A stretch of DNA of 64,000 nt, taken from positions 50,705 to 114,704 of the forward strand of contig CAZKFT010000001.1 in assembly GCA_964552205.1 (NCBI GenBank), given 5' to 3'. Source of the DNA: an uncultured Gammaproteobacteria bacterium (GTDB lineage: Bacteria > Pseudomonadota > Gammaproteobacteria > Natronospirales > JAIVGZ01). Every line of letters starts with the position of its first letter. The first letter of the stretch is position 1. Position numbers and translations under genes: made by a program. Under the pieces are notes generated by a model. That model did not search any database and was not told the DNA's origin. It saw only the letters and a list, made by a program, of their open reading frames with translations. Below, piece after piece: positions 10,419-22,059 of the stretch.

Positions 10419-12121
10419 GTCACCAGGGCAACAAGCAGGTGTGGCAGCTTCGCAGTCTTTCCGTGCTCGTCGTGTTCGCGCTGCTGGCCATCACACTGGT
10501 GGCGCGCGCGGTACAAATCCAGGTGATGGATGGCGCTTTCCTCACGGCGCAGGGAAACGCACGCCACTTGCGGACTGTTGAAGTACCAGCCCACCGCGGC
10601 ATGATTCTCGACCGCCATGGTGAGGCTCTGGCCGCAAGTACCCCGGTGGATTCCATCTGGGCCAATCCATCAGAAGTACTGGCGCATGGTGAGATTGATG
10701 ATTTGGCCGCCGCACTCGGAATGGAGCGCGCGCGCTTGCAGGCGATGTTGGTCGAGCGGCAGGACAGGCAGTTCGTCTGGTTACGCCGCCACCTTGCGCC
10801 GGAAGAGGCACAGGTGGTCAGCGAGCTCCGGGTGCCCGGTGTGCACAGTGTCCGTGAGTACCGTCGTTACTATCCGGCAGGTGAAGTGACTTCCCATGTA
10901 CTTGGGTTCACCAACATCGATGATGCTGGACAAGAGGGAATCGAACTCGCATTTGACGAATGGTTGAGAGGGGAGCCCGGTAGCAAGCGTGTCCTGCGTG
11001 ATCGTCTTGGTCGCGTGGTTGCTGATGTGCAAAGCCTGCGCCAGCCGCGTCCCGGGCGGGATCTCACCCTGACCATTGACCGCAGGATTCAATATCTTGC
11101 TTACCGCGAGTTGCGTCAGGCCGTCACCGATCACGGCGCTCGCAGCGGAACGTTGGTCATGCTCGATGCACAGACCGGCGAAATCCTTGCGATGGTGAAC
11201 CAGCCGGCCTTCAATCCCAACAACCGGCAAGACCGGATTGCGGAGCGCTATCGCAACCGGGCGCTTACGGATGTCATGGAACCGGGCTCGAGCTTCAAGC
11301 CCTTTGTCATTGCTGCAGGTCTGGCCAGTGGCAGATTCCATCGGGGTTCCATAGTGGACACCGGGGCGGGGCTGTTGCAGGTCAGGGGCGGCACAATCAC
11401 AGACCCGCAGCCGCTGGGTGCTATCGATCTTGCAACCTTGTTGAGCAGGTCCAGCAACGTTGGCGCGAGCAAGGTGGCGCTGGCATTGGACCCGGAAGCA
11501 CTCTGGGTGATGTTGCAACGCTTCGGGTTCGGGCAGGTCACCGGCGTAGGGTTCCCGGGAGAACAATCCGGACAGCTGAACCATTTCATGCAGTGGCGTG
11601 AGCTGGGGCAGGCGACCTTGTCCTACGGATACGGCGTTGCGGTGACGCCTCTGCAACTTGCACAGGCGTATGCAGTCATCGCTGCCGATGGTGTGCGTCA
11701 CCCGGTATCACTGGTGGCGCGCGAGGAGTTTGAGCAGGGCGAACGGGTCCTGCCGGTTCAGGTCGCTCATGACATCCGTCTGTTGATGGAGGTTGGCATC
11801 CGCGCTGGGGGTGCAGCTGCGAGTGCCGGCGTGCAAGGGTACCGGGTTGCGGGCAAGACCGGCACAGTGCGCAAGTCCATCGAAGGTGGGTACGCAGACG
11901 ATCGTCATTTCGCGGTGTTTGCAGGGATGGCCCCTGCATCGTCGCCGCGACTGGTTGCTGTCGTCATCATTGATGAACCCTCTCGTGGCGAGTACTACGG
12001 TAATCGGGTCGCCGCTCCGGTGTTCAGCAGGGTCATGGCGGGCGCGCTTCGATTGATGGACATCCCGCCAGACAACATCGATGCACCACCTTCGGTGATT
12101 GTGGCCAGGGGGCGGCCATGA
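10415..12121 (+). CDS. ftsI: peptidoglycan D,D-transpeptidase FtsI (PBP3)
   Basis: It has an N-terminal TM helix and the transpeptidase motifs SSFK, SRSSN and KTGT. The ATG at 10415 overlaps the ftsL stop. Confidence 0.9.
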   Translation: MSHQGNKQVWQLRSLSVLVVFALLAITLVARAVQIQVMDGAFLTAQGNARHLRTVEVPAHRGMILDRHGEALAASTPVDSIWANPSEVLAHGEIDDLAAALGMERARLQAMLVERQDRQFVWLRRHLAPEEAQVVSELRVPGVHSVREYRRYYPAGEVTSHVLGFTNIDDAGQEGIELAFDEWLRGEPGSKRVLRDRLGRVVADVQSLRQPRPGRDLTLTIDRRIQYLAYRELRQAVTDHGARSGTLVMLDAQTGEILAMVNQPAFNPNNRQDRIAERYRNRALTDVMEPGSSFKPFVIAAGLASGRFHRGSIVDTGAGLLQVRGGTITDPQPLGAIDLATLLSRSSNVGASKVALALDPEALWVMLQRFGFGQVTGVGFPGEQSGQLNHFMQWRELGQATLSYGYGVAVTPLQLAQAYAVIAADGVRHPVSLVAREEFEQGERVLPVQVAHDIRLLMEVGIRAGGAAASAGVQGYRVAGKTGTVRKSIEGGYADDRHFAVFAGMAPASSPRLVAVVIIDEPSRGEYYGNRVAAPVFSRVMAGALRLMDIPPDNIDAPPSVIVARGRP

Positions 12122-13617
12122 GCGCTGCAGCCCGTTTGTCATCGTTGTTTGACGGCTACGCCGTAGTGTCCCCATCCGTTGATGTGCAGGTGACGGGAGT
12201 TGCGCTGGACAGTCGGCAGGTCAAGCGTGGCGATTTGTTCCTCGCATGCGCAGGCGCCAAATCGCACGGTTTGGCATGGCTTGCTGATGCCGTCTCCAAC
12301 GGTGCAGTAGCCATAGCGTGGGATCCTGCGGGTTGGGATGGCACGCCGTCGTTTCCCGTGGGCGTGTCCGCTGTTCAGGTCAGCGATCTTCACGCGATAG
12401 TTGGGCGCATTGCAGCCAGATTTCACGGGAATCCGTCGCACTCGGTGCCAGTCCTCGGAGTCACTGGTACGAACGGCAAAACATCCGTGACGCACCTGTT
12501 GGCAGAGGCGCTGAGCGCCTCGGGGCAGCCATGTGGCCTGCTGGGCACCTTGGGTTACGGGCTTCACGGCAATCTTCAGCGGCCAACGCACACCACACCC
12601 GACGCGACTCGCATACATGCGCTGTTGGCAGCAATGCGTGACCAGGGTGCTGGCGCAGTAGCGATGGAAGTCTCTTCACATGCGCTGCAGCAGGACCGCG
12701 TGGCAGGCGTGCGGTTTCGTGCGGCGGTGTTCACCAACCTGACCCGCGACCACCTCGATTACCACGGCGATTTCGAAGCCTACGGTGAGGCGAAACGGCG
12801 CCTGTTCGAATCCGAAGGTCTGGAAGCTGCAATCATCGCTGTGGACGATGCATTCGGGCGTGAGCTGATGCAGTCACTGCCGGCCGGTGTCCGTTCGACC
12901 GTGGTAGGCGATGAAACGGTGGTCGGGACCGCGGAGCGATTCGTGGCCATCACAGAAGTTCACCCCCATCCCAGCGGCATGGACATCAGTCTGGAGACGC
13001 ACGCAGGCCCAGCGTGTATCAAGACGCAATTGCTCGGCCGATTCAATGCAACCAATCTTGCTTTGGCCACCGGCGCACTGCTTGAGATTGGCCTCAAGCT
13101 TGATGATGTCGTTCGCTTCCTGGCGGCAAGCCGCACCGTGCCGGGGCGGATGGAGGCATTTCACGGCGACGCGACACACCCCGTGGTGGTAGTGGACTAC
13201 GCGCATACCCCTGACGCACTCGAGCAGGTTCTGAAATCTGCCAGAGACCATACGCATGGGCGTCTGGTCTGTGTTTTCGGTTGTGGTGGCGACCGTGATC
13301 GCGGCAAGCGCCCGATGATGGCCGCAGTTGCAGCATCGTGGGCAGATGAGTGCATCGTCACCGATGACAACCCGCGGAATGAGGACGCCGCGGCGATCAC
13401 GAACGACATCATCGAAGGCTTTCCCTCAGCAGCACGCTGGCGAGTCGAGCATGACCGCGGTCGTGCCATCGCTGAAGCCATCGCCGATACCACGGTGGGA
13501 GATGTCGTCGTCATCGCGGGAAAAGGGCACGAAGATTATCAACTGGTCGGCGATCGAGTGCTGCCCTTCAGCGACCGCGACGCGGTTATGTCAATTCTGC
13601 AAGGTGGTGCCGCATGA
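12118..13617 (+). CDS. murE: UDP-N-acetylmuramoyl-L-alanyl-D-glutamate--2,6-diaminopimelate ligase
   Basis: It has the Mur ligase P-loop GVTGTNGKTS and DNPR (in TDDNPRNED), the DAP-specific motif. It holds the dcw position. Confidence 0.9.
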   Translation: MSAAARLSSLFDGYAVVSPSVDVQVTGVALDSRQVKRGDLFLACAGAKSHGLAWLADAVSNGAVAIAWDPAGWDGTPSFPVGVSAVQVSDLHAIVGRIAARFHGNPSHSVPVLGVTGTNGKTSVTHLLAEALSASGQPCGLLGTLGYGLHGNLQRPTHTTPDATRIHALLAAMRDQGAGAVAMEVSSHALQQDRVAGVRFRAAVFTNLTRDHLDYHGDFEAYGEAKRRLFESEGLEAAIIAVDDAFGRELMQSLPAGVRSTVVGDETVVGTAERFVAITEVHPHPSGMDISLETHAGPACIKTQLLGRFNATNLALATGALLEIGLKLDDVVRFLAASRTVPGRMEAFHGDATHPVVVVDYAHTPDALEQVLKSARDHTHGRLVCVFGCGGDRDRGKRPMMAAVAASWADECIVTDDNPRNEDAAAITNDIIEGFPSAARWRVEHDRGRAIAEAIADTTVGDVVVIAGKGHEDYQLVGDRVLPFSDRDAVMSILQGGAA

Positions 13618-14972
13618 GCGGGACCACGCTGGGCATGCTCGCGCGCACCACAGGCGGTCGCCTGACCGGAGCGGATGTGGCATTCCAGGGCATCAGCACT
13701 GATACCCGCAAACTGCGCGCAGGCGAGCTGTTCGTTGCCTTGTCAGGGCCGAACTTCGACGGTCATGCGTTCCTCAGTGCGGCCCGTAGCATGGGTGCAG
13801 CCGGGGCCTTGGTAGGTCGTGAGGTCAGTGACGCGTTGCCGCAGGTTGTCGTTGACGACCCACTGGCGGCGCTTGGCGTTTACGCCAAAGCGTGGCGGCT
13901 GCAGTTCACCGCGCCCTTGGTCGCATTGACCGGTAGCAACGGCAAGACCACCACCAAAGAGATGATTGCATCCATTCTCGGGCAGCGCGGCCCGGTACTG
14001 GCAACACGCGGCAATCTCAACAATCACATTGGTGTCCCGCTCACCTTGCTCGAACTTGAGGCGACGCATTGGGCTGCCGTAGTGGAGATGGGCGCAAATC
14101 ACGCGGGTGAAATCGCCTACCTTGCGAGCCTTGCTGTGCCAACGGTGGCGCTGGTCACCAACGCGGGGCCATCACACCTCGAGGGATTCGGGACGATCGA
14201 GGGAGTCGCGAAGGCGAAGGGGGAGATTTACCAGACGCTTCCGCAAGACGGCTGTGCGGTCATCAATGCGAATGATGCCTATGCACCCCTGTGGCGTGAG
14301 TTGGCGGAGAAGCACCGACAAGTCGAATTTGGCGTGGATGTCGCCGCGGATTTCCAGGTGGCGAGTTCAGACATTGCAAGCGGGCCGGATGGCGACCAGA
14401 CCTTCGTTGTGACCTGTGCGTCAGGTCGCCATGAGATCCGGTTGCCGCTGGCCGGACGTCATAACGTTCACAACGCGTTAGCCGCCACCGCCGCTGCAAC
14501 CGCTGCAGGCGCGAGCATGACTGATGTCGTCAAGGGATTGTCGGTTGCCAGAAGCGTTGGCGGTCGGCTTCGTGCCGTGAATCTTGCCAACGGCGCGCGC
14601 GTCGTTGATGACACCTACAACGCCAACCCTGCCTCCTTGCAGGCCGCTTTGATGGCATTTCAGGCATCTCGGCTGTGGCTGGTCCTTGGCGACATGGGCG
14701 AGCTTGGCCCAGCGGGTCCGGCGCTGCATCGCCAATCCGGCGAAGGCGCACGCGCCGCCGGCGTCGAACGCCTGTTCTCACTTGGAACACTCAGTGCCCA
14801 TGCATCAGAGGCATTCGGTGCTGGCGCGGAGCACTTCGAGAACATCTCGGAACTGACGGAACACGTTGTCGGCTTGTTGGAGCCGGGCGTAACAGTTCTG
14901 GTCAAAGGGTCACGCAGTATGCGGATGGAACGGGTCGTTGCTGCGTTGCAAGACAGGGCGGGGGTGAACTGA
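13614..14972 (+). CDS. murF: UDP-N-acetylmuramoyl-tripeptide--D-alanyl-D-alanine ligase
   Basis: It has the Mur ligase P-loop ([12 protein letters not shown]), holds the dcw position and has an ATGA overlap with murE. Confidence 0.9.
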   Translation: MSGTTLGMLARTTGGRLTGADVAFQGISTDTRKLRAGELFVALSGPNFDGHAFLSAARSMGAAGALVGREVSDALPQVVVDDPLAALGVYAKAWRLQFTAPLVALTGSNGKTTTKEMIASILGQRGPVLATRGNLNNHIGVPLTLLELEATHWAAVVEMGANHAGEIAYLASLAVPTVALVTNAGPSHLEGFGTIEGVAKAKGEIYQTLPQDGCAVINANDAYAPLWRELAEKHRQVEFGVDVAADFQVASSDIASGPDGDQTFVVTCASGRHEIRLPLAGRHNVHNALAATAAATAAGASMTDVVKGLSVARSVGGRLRAVNLANGARVVDDTYNANPASLQAALMAFQASRLWLVLGDMGELGPAGPALHRQSGEGARAAGVERLFSLGTLSAHASEAFGAGAEHFENISELTEHVVGLLEPGVTVLVKGSRSMRMERVVAALQDRAGVN

Positions 14973-14973
14973 C

Positions 14974-16056
14974 ATGCTTCTTTGGCTGACTGAGTGGCTC
15001 ACCCAGTTCCATACCGGGTTCAATGTATTCCAGTACCTCACGATGCGCGCCATTCTTGGCGTGTTGACAGCGCTCGCATTCTCGCTGGTGTTCGGCCCTG
15101 CGATGATTCGCTGGCTGACCCGTTACCAGATTGGTCAGACGGTACGCGATGACGGGCCGCAATCCCACCTGAAGAAGGCTGGCACACCGACCATGGGCGG
15201 TGCACTCATCCTGGTCGCGATATTCATGTCCACATTGCTGTGGTCAGACCTTGGTAATCGCTTTGTGTGGGTTGTGCTGGGCGTCACCGTTGCGTTCGGT
15301 GCTATTGGCTGGGTGGATGATTACCGGAAGCTGGTGCTGCGCGATCCCAAGGGATTGCCTGCGCGCTGGAAGTTCTTCTGGCAGACGGTGGCGGGCCTTG
15401 CCGCCGCGATAGTGCTTTACATGACTGCGAAGGCACCGAATGAAACGGCACTGATTGTGCCGTTCTTCAAGGATGTGGTGTTGCCACTTGGCCCGTTCTA
15501 CATCGTGCTGACATGGCTTGTGATTGTCGGTACCAGCAACGCTGTCAACTTGACCGACGGCCTCGACGGGCTCGCCATCCTCCCCGCCGTTCTGGTCGCA
15601 GGGGGTCTCGGGGCAATTGCCTATGCGACCGGCAACGTGAATTTCTCAAGCTACTTGCAGATTCCATACGTGCCCGGGGTGGGGGAGACCGTAGTGTTCT
15701 GCGGTGCTTTGGTGGGTGCGGGCCTCGGTTTCCTGTGGTTCAACACCTACCCCGCTCAGGTGTTCATGGGAGATGTGGGTGCACTCGCCATTGGGGCGGC
15801 GCTGGGCGCGGTGGCGGTGGTTTCCCGACAAGAGTTGGTGCTGCTCATCATGGGTGGCGTCTTCGTGGTGGAAACCGTCTCGGTCATCCTTCAGGTGGCG
15901 TCTTTCAAGCTCACCGGGAAGCGGATTTTCCGGATGGCACCGTTGCATCACCACTATGAATTGAAAGGGTGGCCGGAGCCGCGCGTCATTGTGCGGTTCT
16001 GGATTATCACAGTCATTCTCGTGCTCGCCGGTCTGGCGACGCTGAAGCTCAGGTAG
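14974..16056 (+). CDS. mraY: phospho-N-acetylmuramoyl-pentapeptide transferase
   Basis: The 360-aa polytopic membrane protein carries the conserved [18 protein letters not shown] and MGDVGALA.G motifs. Confidence 0.95.
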   Translation: MLLWLTEWLTQFHTGFNVFQYLTMRAILGVLTALAFSLVFGPAMIRWLTRYQIGQTVRDDGPQSHLKKAGTPTMGGALILVAIFMSTLLWSDLGNRFVWVVLGVTVAFGAIGWVDDYRKLVLRDPKGLPARWKFFWQTVAGLAAAIVLYMTAKAPNETALIVPFFKDVVLPLGPFYIVLTWLVIVGTSNAVNLTDGLDGLAILPAVLVAGGLGAIAYATGNVNFSSYLQIPYVPGVGETVVFCGALVGAGLGFLWFNTYPAQVFMGDVGALAIGAALGAVAVVSRQELVLLIMGGVFVVETVSVILQVASFKLTGKRIFRMAPLHHHYELKGWPEPRVIVRFWIITVILVLAGLATLKLR

Positions 16057-16060
16057 ACGG

Positions 16061-17428
16061 ATGCTCGACGGAGGAATGGCAACAGTGCAAACGATGCATG
16101 ACCGGGTGGAGACAGCAAGCAGGGCCCTGGTCATTGGTCTGGGCGCTACCGGCCTGTCCGTCGCCCGGTGGTTGGCTGCGCGTGGCGTGTCGGTGGCCAT
16201 CACCGATAGCCGCGAAAGACCGCCCCAGGTCGACGCGCTGCGCGCCCATCTTCCGGATGTTGCGTTGTTCCTCGGTGGTTTCTCCCAGGCAGCCCTTGAG
16301 CGTGCAGATGTAGTGGTGCTGTCTCCCGGTGTATCTCGGGACGAACCAATCGTCCAGGCTGCATTGGCTTCCGGGCTGCAAGTGATTGGTGATATCGAAC
16401 TGTTTGCGCGCAATGCCAAGGCGTCGGTCATTGCGGTTACCGGCTCCAATGGCAAGAGCACTGTAGCGACGCTGGTTGCCCGAATGGTGGAGAACTCCGG
16501 CCGCCGTGTGCTCGCAGGAGGCAACCTCGGCACCCCCGCACTCGATTTGCTTGCGGAGCCCGCACCGGAATTCTTCGTGCTTGAGCTCTCCAGCTTTCAA
16601 CTCGAGTCAACTGATTCACTCGACGCGCTGGCGGGTGCGATTCTCAATGTGTCGCCAGACCATCTCGATCGCTATCCAGGGATTGACGCATATGCGGCGG
16701 CGAAGACCCGTATTTGGCGGGGGAGCGGTGTGGTGGTCGCCAACCGTGACGACGAAGTCGTCGTCGCTGGTGTGCCAGCCGATCGCGACGTGGTCTGGTT
16801 CGGGCTCAATCCACCCGCTCGTGGAGCCGATTTTGGATTGTCGACGGATGGTTGGATCATGCGTGGCACCACCCGGGTGATGCCTGTTGCCGATGTCCTC
16901 ATGCACGGCAGACATAACCTCGCAAACGCGATGGCTGCGCTGGCGTTGGGGACGGCTGCGGGACTGCCGATGGCACCCATGGTCGAGATTCTCAAGCAGT
17001 TCCGTGGTCTTCCGCACCGGATGGAGCTGGTTGCGGAACACAATCAAGTGCGCTGGTACAACGATTCAAAGGCGACGAATGTTGGGGCCATGCTTGCAGC
17101 GGTCGCTGGCATGGACGGGCCGCTGGTTCTCATTCTCGGAGGAGACGGAAAAGGTCAGGACTTCGCCACATTGGTTCCGGCACTTCGGGGCAAGGCACGC
17201 GCAGCGATATTGATTGGGCGGGACCGAGGGCGGATTGCAGCGGCCATTGAGGGAGTCTGCGACATTCTGGAAGTGGATGACATGCACGCCGCTGTGCGCG
17301 CAGCGGCGACTGTAGCCAACGCCGGGGATGCAGTGCTCTTGTCTCCTGCCTGTTCCAGTCTCGACATGTTCCAGAATTTCGAGGCCCGTGGTCGCGCTTT
17401 CATGGACGCAGTGAGGGGTCTGCAATGA
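16061..17428 (+). CDS. murD: UDP-N-acetylmuramoylalanine--D-glutamate ligase
   Basis: It has the Rossmann-like VIGLGATG motif and the Mur ligase P-loop VTGSNGKST. The start could be an internal Met (16076 or 16094). Confidence 0.9.
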   Translation: MLDGGMATVQTMHDRVETASRALVIGLGATGLSVARWLAARGVSVAITDSRERPPQVDALRAHLPDVALFLGGFSQAALERADVVVLSPGVSRDEPIVQAALASGLQVIGDIELFARNAKASVIAVTGSNGKSTVATLVARMVENSGRRVLAGGNLGTPALDLLAEPAPEFFVLELSSFQLESTDSLDALAGAILNVSPDHLDRYPGIDAYAAAKTRIWRGSGVVVANRDDEVVVAGVPADRDVVWFGLNPPARGADFGLSTDGWIMRGTTRVMPVADVLMHGRHNLANAMAALALGTAAGLPMAPMVEILKQFRGLPHRMELVAEHNQVRWYNDSKATNVGAMLAAVAGMDGPLVLILGGDGKGQDFATLVPALRGKARAAILIGRDRGRIAAAIEGVCDILEVDDMHAAVRAAATVANAGDAVLLSPACSSLDMFQNFEARGRAFMDAVRGLQ

Positions 17429-18612
17429 CGGCAGCCTCGATCCGTATCAACGCCAGCGGCACAAGCACGGGATTGCGCCGCGCACCCGTGCCGGCTCTGG
17501 CGGACCCAATGCTGCTTGGCATCGCGCTCACGCTGGCCATGGTCGGGCTGGTCATGGTCGCGTCGTCATCAATCTCACTCGCTGACCGCAATACCGGAAT
17601 GCCGTTCTACTACCTGCAGCGGCAGATGGTGTTCGCGATCGCCGGTTTCGCCGGTGCCTGGGCCGCTACGCTCATCCCGATGCGGTTCTGGGAGCGCTTA
17701 GGAATCGTTTGGTTGGCCATGGCCTTCGCATTGTTGTTGTTGGTGCTGGTGCCGGGTATTGGCCACGAGGTGAACAATGCGCAGCGCTGGATCTCGCTCG
17801 GCTTTTTCGGTCTACAGGCGTCCGAGCCGGCGCGCGTCCTCATCCTGATGTACATCGCGGGTTACCTGGTGCGGCATGAGCAGGTGGTTCGCAGTGAATT
17901 CGGGGGGTTTGCAAGACCCATGGTGGTGTTGGCGATGGCTGCTGCCTTGTTGCTTCTGCAGCCGGACTTTGGCGCGGCAGTGGTCCTTCTGGTGGCAGCG
18001 CTCGGAATGATCTACATGGGTGGCGTCATGATGCGGCACTTCCTTGCAGTGGGTGCCATCGTCACTGTCGCAATGGCCGTCATGGTGTGGATCTCCCCCT
18101 ATCGCTTGCGCCGACTACTCGGTTTCCGAGACCCATGGGCAGATCCTTTCGACAGCGGCTTCCAGTTGACCAACTCCCTGATTGCCGTCGGTCGGGGCGA
18201 GTGGTTCGGTGTCGGTCTGGGTGGCAGCGTGCAAAAACTTTTCTATCTCCCTGAGGCGCACACCGACTTCTTGTTCGCGGTGTTTACAGAGGAGTTTGGT
18301 CTGTTCGGTGCGGCACTGCTCATCACAGCCTTCTTCGTGCTGGTATGGAGGGCAATGGCCGTCGGCAGGGCAAGCGCGCGTGCTGGAAAGTTTTACGGTG
18401 CATGGTTGGCATTCGGGATCGGCATCTGGTTGGGGACTCAGGCCTTCGTGAATATCGGCGTGAATCTTGGCGCGTTGCCGACCAAGGGTTTGACACTGCC
18501 GCTGATGAGTTACGGGGGCAGCAGTCTGATGGTGACCAGTGGCGCAATTGGCATCCTGTTGCGCATCGCGCACGAAGCGCGCATGTCACTGCCTGTGGGG
18601 GCCGCACGATGA
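17425..18612 (+). CDS. ftsW: peptidoglycan glycosyltransferase FtsW (SEDS family)
   Basis: It is a 10-TM-like SEDS protein (QPAE-like SEPARV, LPEAHTDF, PLMSYGGSS). It holds the dcw position. Confidence 0.9.
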   Translation: MTAASIRINASGTSTGLRRAPVPALADPMLLGIALTLAMVGLVMVASSSISLADRNTGMPFYYLQRQMVFAIAGFAGAWAATLIPMRFWERLGIVWLAMAFALLLLVLVPGIGHEVNNAQRWISLGFFGLQASEPARVLILMYIAGYLVRHEQVVRSEFGGFARPMVVLAMAAALLLLQPDFGAAVVLLVAALGMIYMGGVMMRHFLAVGAIVTVAMAVMVWISPYRLRRLLGFRDPWADPFDSGFQLTNSLIAVGRGEWFGVGLGGSVQKLFYLPEAHTDFLFAVFTEEFGLFGAALLITAFFVLVWRAMAVGRASARAGKFYGAWLAFGIGIWLGTQAFVNIGVNLGALPTKGLTLPLMSYGGSSLMVTSGAIGILLRIAHEARMSLPVGAAR

Positions 18613-19688
18613 CGCGCGGCCCCATCATGGTCATGGCTGGTGGAACCGGCGGGCATGTATTCCCGGCGCTGGCGGTCGCCGAACGCCTACGTGGGGACGG
18701 TTGGTCGGTTTTCTGGCTCGGGACAGCCTCAGGGCTGGAAGCCAAAGTCGTTCCTGCCCACGGATTTGATGTGGAATGGGTTAAGGTCAGCGGCCTGCGC
18801 GGCAAAGGGCTAACGACAAAACTTGCTGCGCCGTTCCGGGTCGCAGCTGCAATTTGGCGCTCGTTGTCGGTGATACGCAAGCGCAAGCCCGTCGCCGTTC
18901 TTGGCATGGGCGGCTATGTCTCCGGGCCGGGCGGCGTTGCCACTTGGCTGTCGGGTCGACCACTGGTGATTCACGAACAAAACTCCACCGCTGGTCTCAC
19001 CAACAGGTTGTTGGCCTGTGTCGCCAAACGCGTTCTTACCGGGTTCCCGGGTGTGCTGCCCAAGGGTGAGTGGATCGGCAACCCGGTGCGTCGTGAGATT
19101 GCAGAGTTGCAGGCACCAGCACAGCGCTTCGAAGGTCGTAGCGGACGTCTGCGTCTGCTGGTACTGGGCGGAAGTCAGGGCGCGCGTGCCATCAACGAGG
19201 TTGTGGTTGCGGCAGTGGCAAGCATGTCGGCCGACGAGCGGCCTTCTGTGCGCCATCAGTGTGGTGAGAAATGGCTGGCCGAGGCACAAGTAGCTTGGAA
19301 GAACGCGGGCGTTGATGTCGACCTTGTGCCATTCATTGACGACATGCCCGGAGCCTATGCCTGGGCTGACATCGTCCTGTGTCGGGCAGGTGCGTTGACG
19401 GTCGCAGAGCTTGCTGCTGCGGGGGTGGCCAGCATCCTGGTGCCGTTCCCGGCGGCGGTGGATGACCACCAGACCGGAAACGCACGTTTTCTTGCTGACT
19501 GTGGTGCGGGAGAGCTGATGCCTCAAGCAACGCTGGAAGCAAGTGCGCTTGCGAAACGCCTGGCCGGGTTTTCAAGAAATCGCGACAGCCTGTTGCAGAT
19601 GGCGGAGCGCGCCAGATCCATGGCCAAGACGTCGGCAGGCGCGGCATTGGCGGACGCGTGTGTCGCTGTCGCCGGAGGTGGCGCATGA
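18609..19688 (+). CDS. murG: UDP-N-acetylglucosamine--N-acetylmuramyl-(pentapeptide) pyrophosphoryl-undecaprenol GlcNAc transferase
   Basis: It has the N-terminal [16 protein letters not shown] motif. The ATG at 18609 overlaps the ftsW stop. The 5' ORF extension is out of context. Confidence 0.9.
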   Translation: MTRGPIMVMAGGTGGHVFPALAVAERLRGDGWSVFWLGTASGLEAKVVPAHGFDVEWVKVSGLRGKGLTTKLAAPFRVAAAIWRSLSVIRKRKPVAVLGMGGYVSGPGGVATWLSGRPLVIHEQNSTAGLTNRLLACVAKRVLTGFPGVLPKGEWIGNPVRREIAELQAPAQRFEGRSGRLRLLVLGGSQGARAINEVVVAAVASMSADERPSVRHQCGEKWLAEAQVAWKNAGVDVDLVPFIDDMPGAYAWADIVLCRAGALTVAELAAAGVASILVPFPAAVDDHQTGNARFLADCGAGELMPQATLEASALAKRLAGFSRNRDSLLQMAERARSMAKTSAGAALADACVAVAGGGA

Positions 19689-21115
19689 GCCCACTGTCCA
19701 GCATGCCTCTTGATCCGATGCGTCGCGTGCAGCGCGTGCACTTCGTCGGCATTGGCGGCTCTGGCATGGGCGGCATCGCGGAAGTCCTGCTCAACCTCGG
19801 CTACGAAGTCACGGGCTCTGATGCACGTGCGAGCGCCGTCACACGGCGGCTGGAGTCTCTCGGCGCGCGAGTGGCCATCGGGCACTCCGCGCAACATGTC
19901 GAGGGCGCGGGCGTAGTGGTGGTGTCGAGCGCTATCAAGCAGGACAACCCGGAGCGCGTGGCGGCTCTGGAACACCGCATCCCGGTTGTGCCCCGCGCCG
20001 AGATGCTCGCCGAACTCATGCGATTCCGGATGGGTGTGGCAGTGGCGGGGACCCACGGCAAGACCACAACCACCAGCTTGGTGGCGGCCGTGATGGCCGA
20101 AGGTGGCTTGGACCCGACCTTCGTCATAGGCGGGCGGGTCAAGAGTTCGGACAGCCATTCACGCCTCGGGGGCAGCCGATGGCTGGTCGCAGAGGCCGAT
20201 GAGAGTGACGCTTCTTTCCTCTATCTGCAGCCGCTCATTGCCGTGGTCACCAACATCGATGCCGACCACCTCAGCGCCTACGAAGGAGACTTTTCAAGGC
20301 TGCGCGCAACCTTCGTCGAGTTCCTTCATCACTTGCCGTTCTATGGACTGGCGGTCCTGTGCATTGATGATCCGGTCGTACGGGGTCTGTTGCCGGAAGT
20401 CACCCGCCCTGTCGTGACTTACGGGTTGTCAGAGGACGCGGATATCCGCGCTGTCGACATCACTCAAAAGGGCATGGTGACCCGATTCAAAGTCATCCTG
20501 CGCGGACGGACCCTGGACGCGACCGTCAGTCTCAACATGCCGGGTACACACAATGTGTTGAACGCGCTCGCCGCCATTGCCGTGGCAGAGGATGTAGGAG
20601 TCGATGAAGTCGCTTACGGCGCTGCGCTCGCTGGGTTCCAGGGGGTGGATCGCCGGTTCCAGTTGCACGGTGATATTCAAACCTCGCGAGGATTGGTTAC
20701 CTACATCGACGACTATGGCCATCACCCGCGCGAACTGATGGCGGTTCTGCGCGCTATCCGCGATGGCTGGCCTGGTCGCAGGATTGTGATGGCGTTCCAG
20801 CCTCATCGCTACACGCGCACCCACGATTTGTTCGATGACTTCGCGGAAGTGCTCTCGGAACCAGAAGTGCTGCTCCTGACAGATGTCTATCCTGCGGGTG
20901 AGGCGCCGATTGCCGGGGCGGACACCAACGCATTGGTGAAGGCAGTCAGGGCGCGCGGCGGCGTAGAGCCCATGGTGGTGACTGCCCCCGGCGATATAGG
21001 TCTTGCACTACTTGATGTGATAGCGGATGGCGACATCGTGCTCACCATGGGTGCGGGCGATATCGGCGGCGTTGCCGCAGGCCTTCCGGGGCAATTGTCC
21101 GGGGGTGCGGCATGA
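19685..21115 (+). CDS. murC: UDP-N-acetylmuramate--L-alanine ligase
   Basis: It has [17 protein letters not shown] and the P-loop GTHGKTTTT. The ATG at 19685 overlaps the murG stop. Confidence 0.9.
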   Translation: MSPLSSMPLDPMRRVQRVHFVGIGGSGMGGIAEVLLNLGYEVTGSDARASAVTRRLESLGARVAIGHSAQHVEGAGVVVVSSAIKQDNPERVAALEHRIPVVPRAEMLAELMRFRMGVAVAGTHGKTTTTSLVAAVMAEGGLDPTFVIGGRVKSSDSHSRLGGSRWLVAEADESDASFLYLQPLIAVVTNIDADHLSAYEGDFSRLRATFVEFLHHLPFYGLAVLCIDDPVVRGLLPEVTRPVVTYGLSEDADIRAVDITQKGMVTRFKVILRGRTLDATVSLNMPGTHNVLNALAAIAVAEDVGVDEVAYGAALAGFQGVDRRFQLHGDIQTSRGLVTYIDDYGHHPRELMAVLRAIRDGWPGRRIVMAFQPHRYTRTHDLFDDFAEVLSEPEVLLLTDVYPAGEAPIAGADTNALVKAVRARGGVEPMVVTAPGDIGLALLDVIADGDIVLTMGAGDIGGVAAGLPGQLSGGAA

Positions 21116-22059
21116 GCCTGCGAGGCCGGTACGGGAAAGTGGCCGTCATCTACGGCGGGCTGGGAGCAGAGCGCGAGGTGTCACTCAACAGTGGCAAGCG
21201 CGTGCTGGCCGCTCTCCAGACGCAGGGCATTGACGCTCACGGTGTGGATGCTGACTCCAACCTGTTGCACGCATTGCAAGAGGGGCGCTTTGACCGCGCG
21301 TTCATCGTGCTGCATGGCACGGGCGGTGAAGACGGGCGACTGCAAGGCGCACTCGAGTGGTTGGGCCTGCCATATACGGGATCCGGCGTGCTCGGTTCGG
21401 CATTGTCCATGGACAAGCTCCATTGCAAGCACATCTGGAGTGCATTGGACTTGCCTACGCCCGCATTCGTGATGCTCGGTTCCACCGCAGACTGCGAACT
21501 TGCTGTCGCGGAGCTTGGGTTGCCTCTGATTGTCAAGCCCGCGCGCGAGGGTTCCAGCGTGGGCATGTCGAAAGTGAATACCGCTTCGGAAATTGAAGCC
21601 GCTTACGCGGTGGCGCGTGAGTACGACAGTTGTGTCATTGCGGAACGCTGGGTCGGCAACGGGGAATACACGGTGTCCTTGCTGGGTGATCAGGTGCTTC
21701 CCGCCATCAAGATCGAGACCCCGCGCGCTTTCTATGACTACGCAGCCAAGTACACAGAGGACACCACCCGTTACCTCATTCCTTGTGGTCTGGATGAAGC
21801 CTCAGAATCGGAGCTTGCGCAACTCGCAGCGCTCGCGTTCAAGGCCATCGGTGGTGAGGGTTGGGGACGCGTGGACGCGATGCGGGATGCGGACGGGACC
21901 TTCCATCTGATAGACGTGAATACCGTGCCCGGCATGACCGACCACAGTCTCGTGCCGATGGCTGCAAAAGCACGGGGTATCAGTTTCGAGGAGTTGTGTG
22001 CGCGCATCCTGGACACCAGCTTCGTGGACCGTGACCCGGCGACGGGAGGTGCCCGATGA
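21112..22059 (+). CDS. ddl: D-alanine--D-alanine ligase
   Basis: It has ATP-grasp motifs ([30 protein letters not shown]-like [10 protein letters not shown]). It holds the dcw position. Confidence 0.9.
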   Translation: MSLRGRYGKVAVIYGGLGAEREVSLNSGKRVLAALQTQGIDAHGVDADSNLLHALQEGRFDRAFIVLHGTGGEDGRLQGALEWLGLPYTGSGVLGSALSMDKLHCKHIWSALDLPTPAFVMLGSTADCELAVAELGLPLIVKPAREGSSVGMSKVNTASEIEAAYAVAREYDSCVIAERWVGNGEYTVSLLGDQVLPAIKIETPRAFYDYAAKYTEDTTRYLIPCGLDEASESELAQLAALAFKAIGGEGWGRVDAMRDADGTFHLIDVNTVPGMTDHSLVPMAAKARGISFEELCARILDTSFVDRDPATGGAR

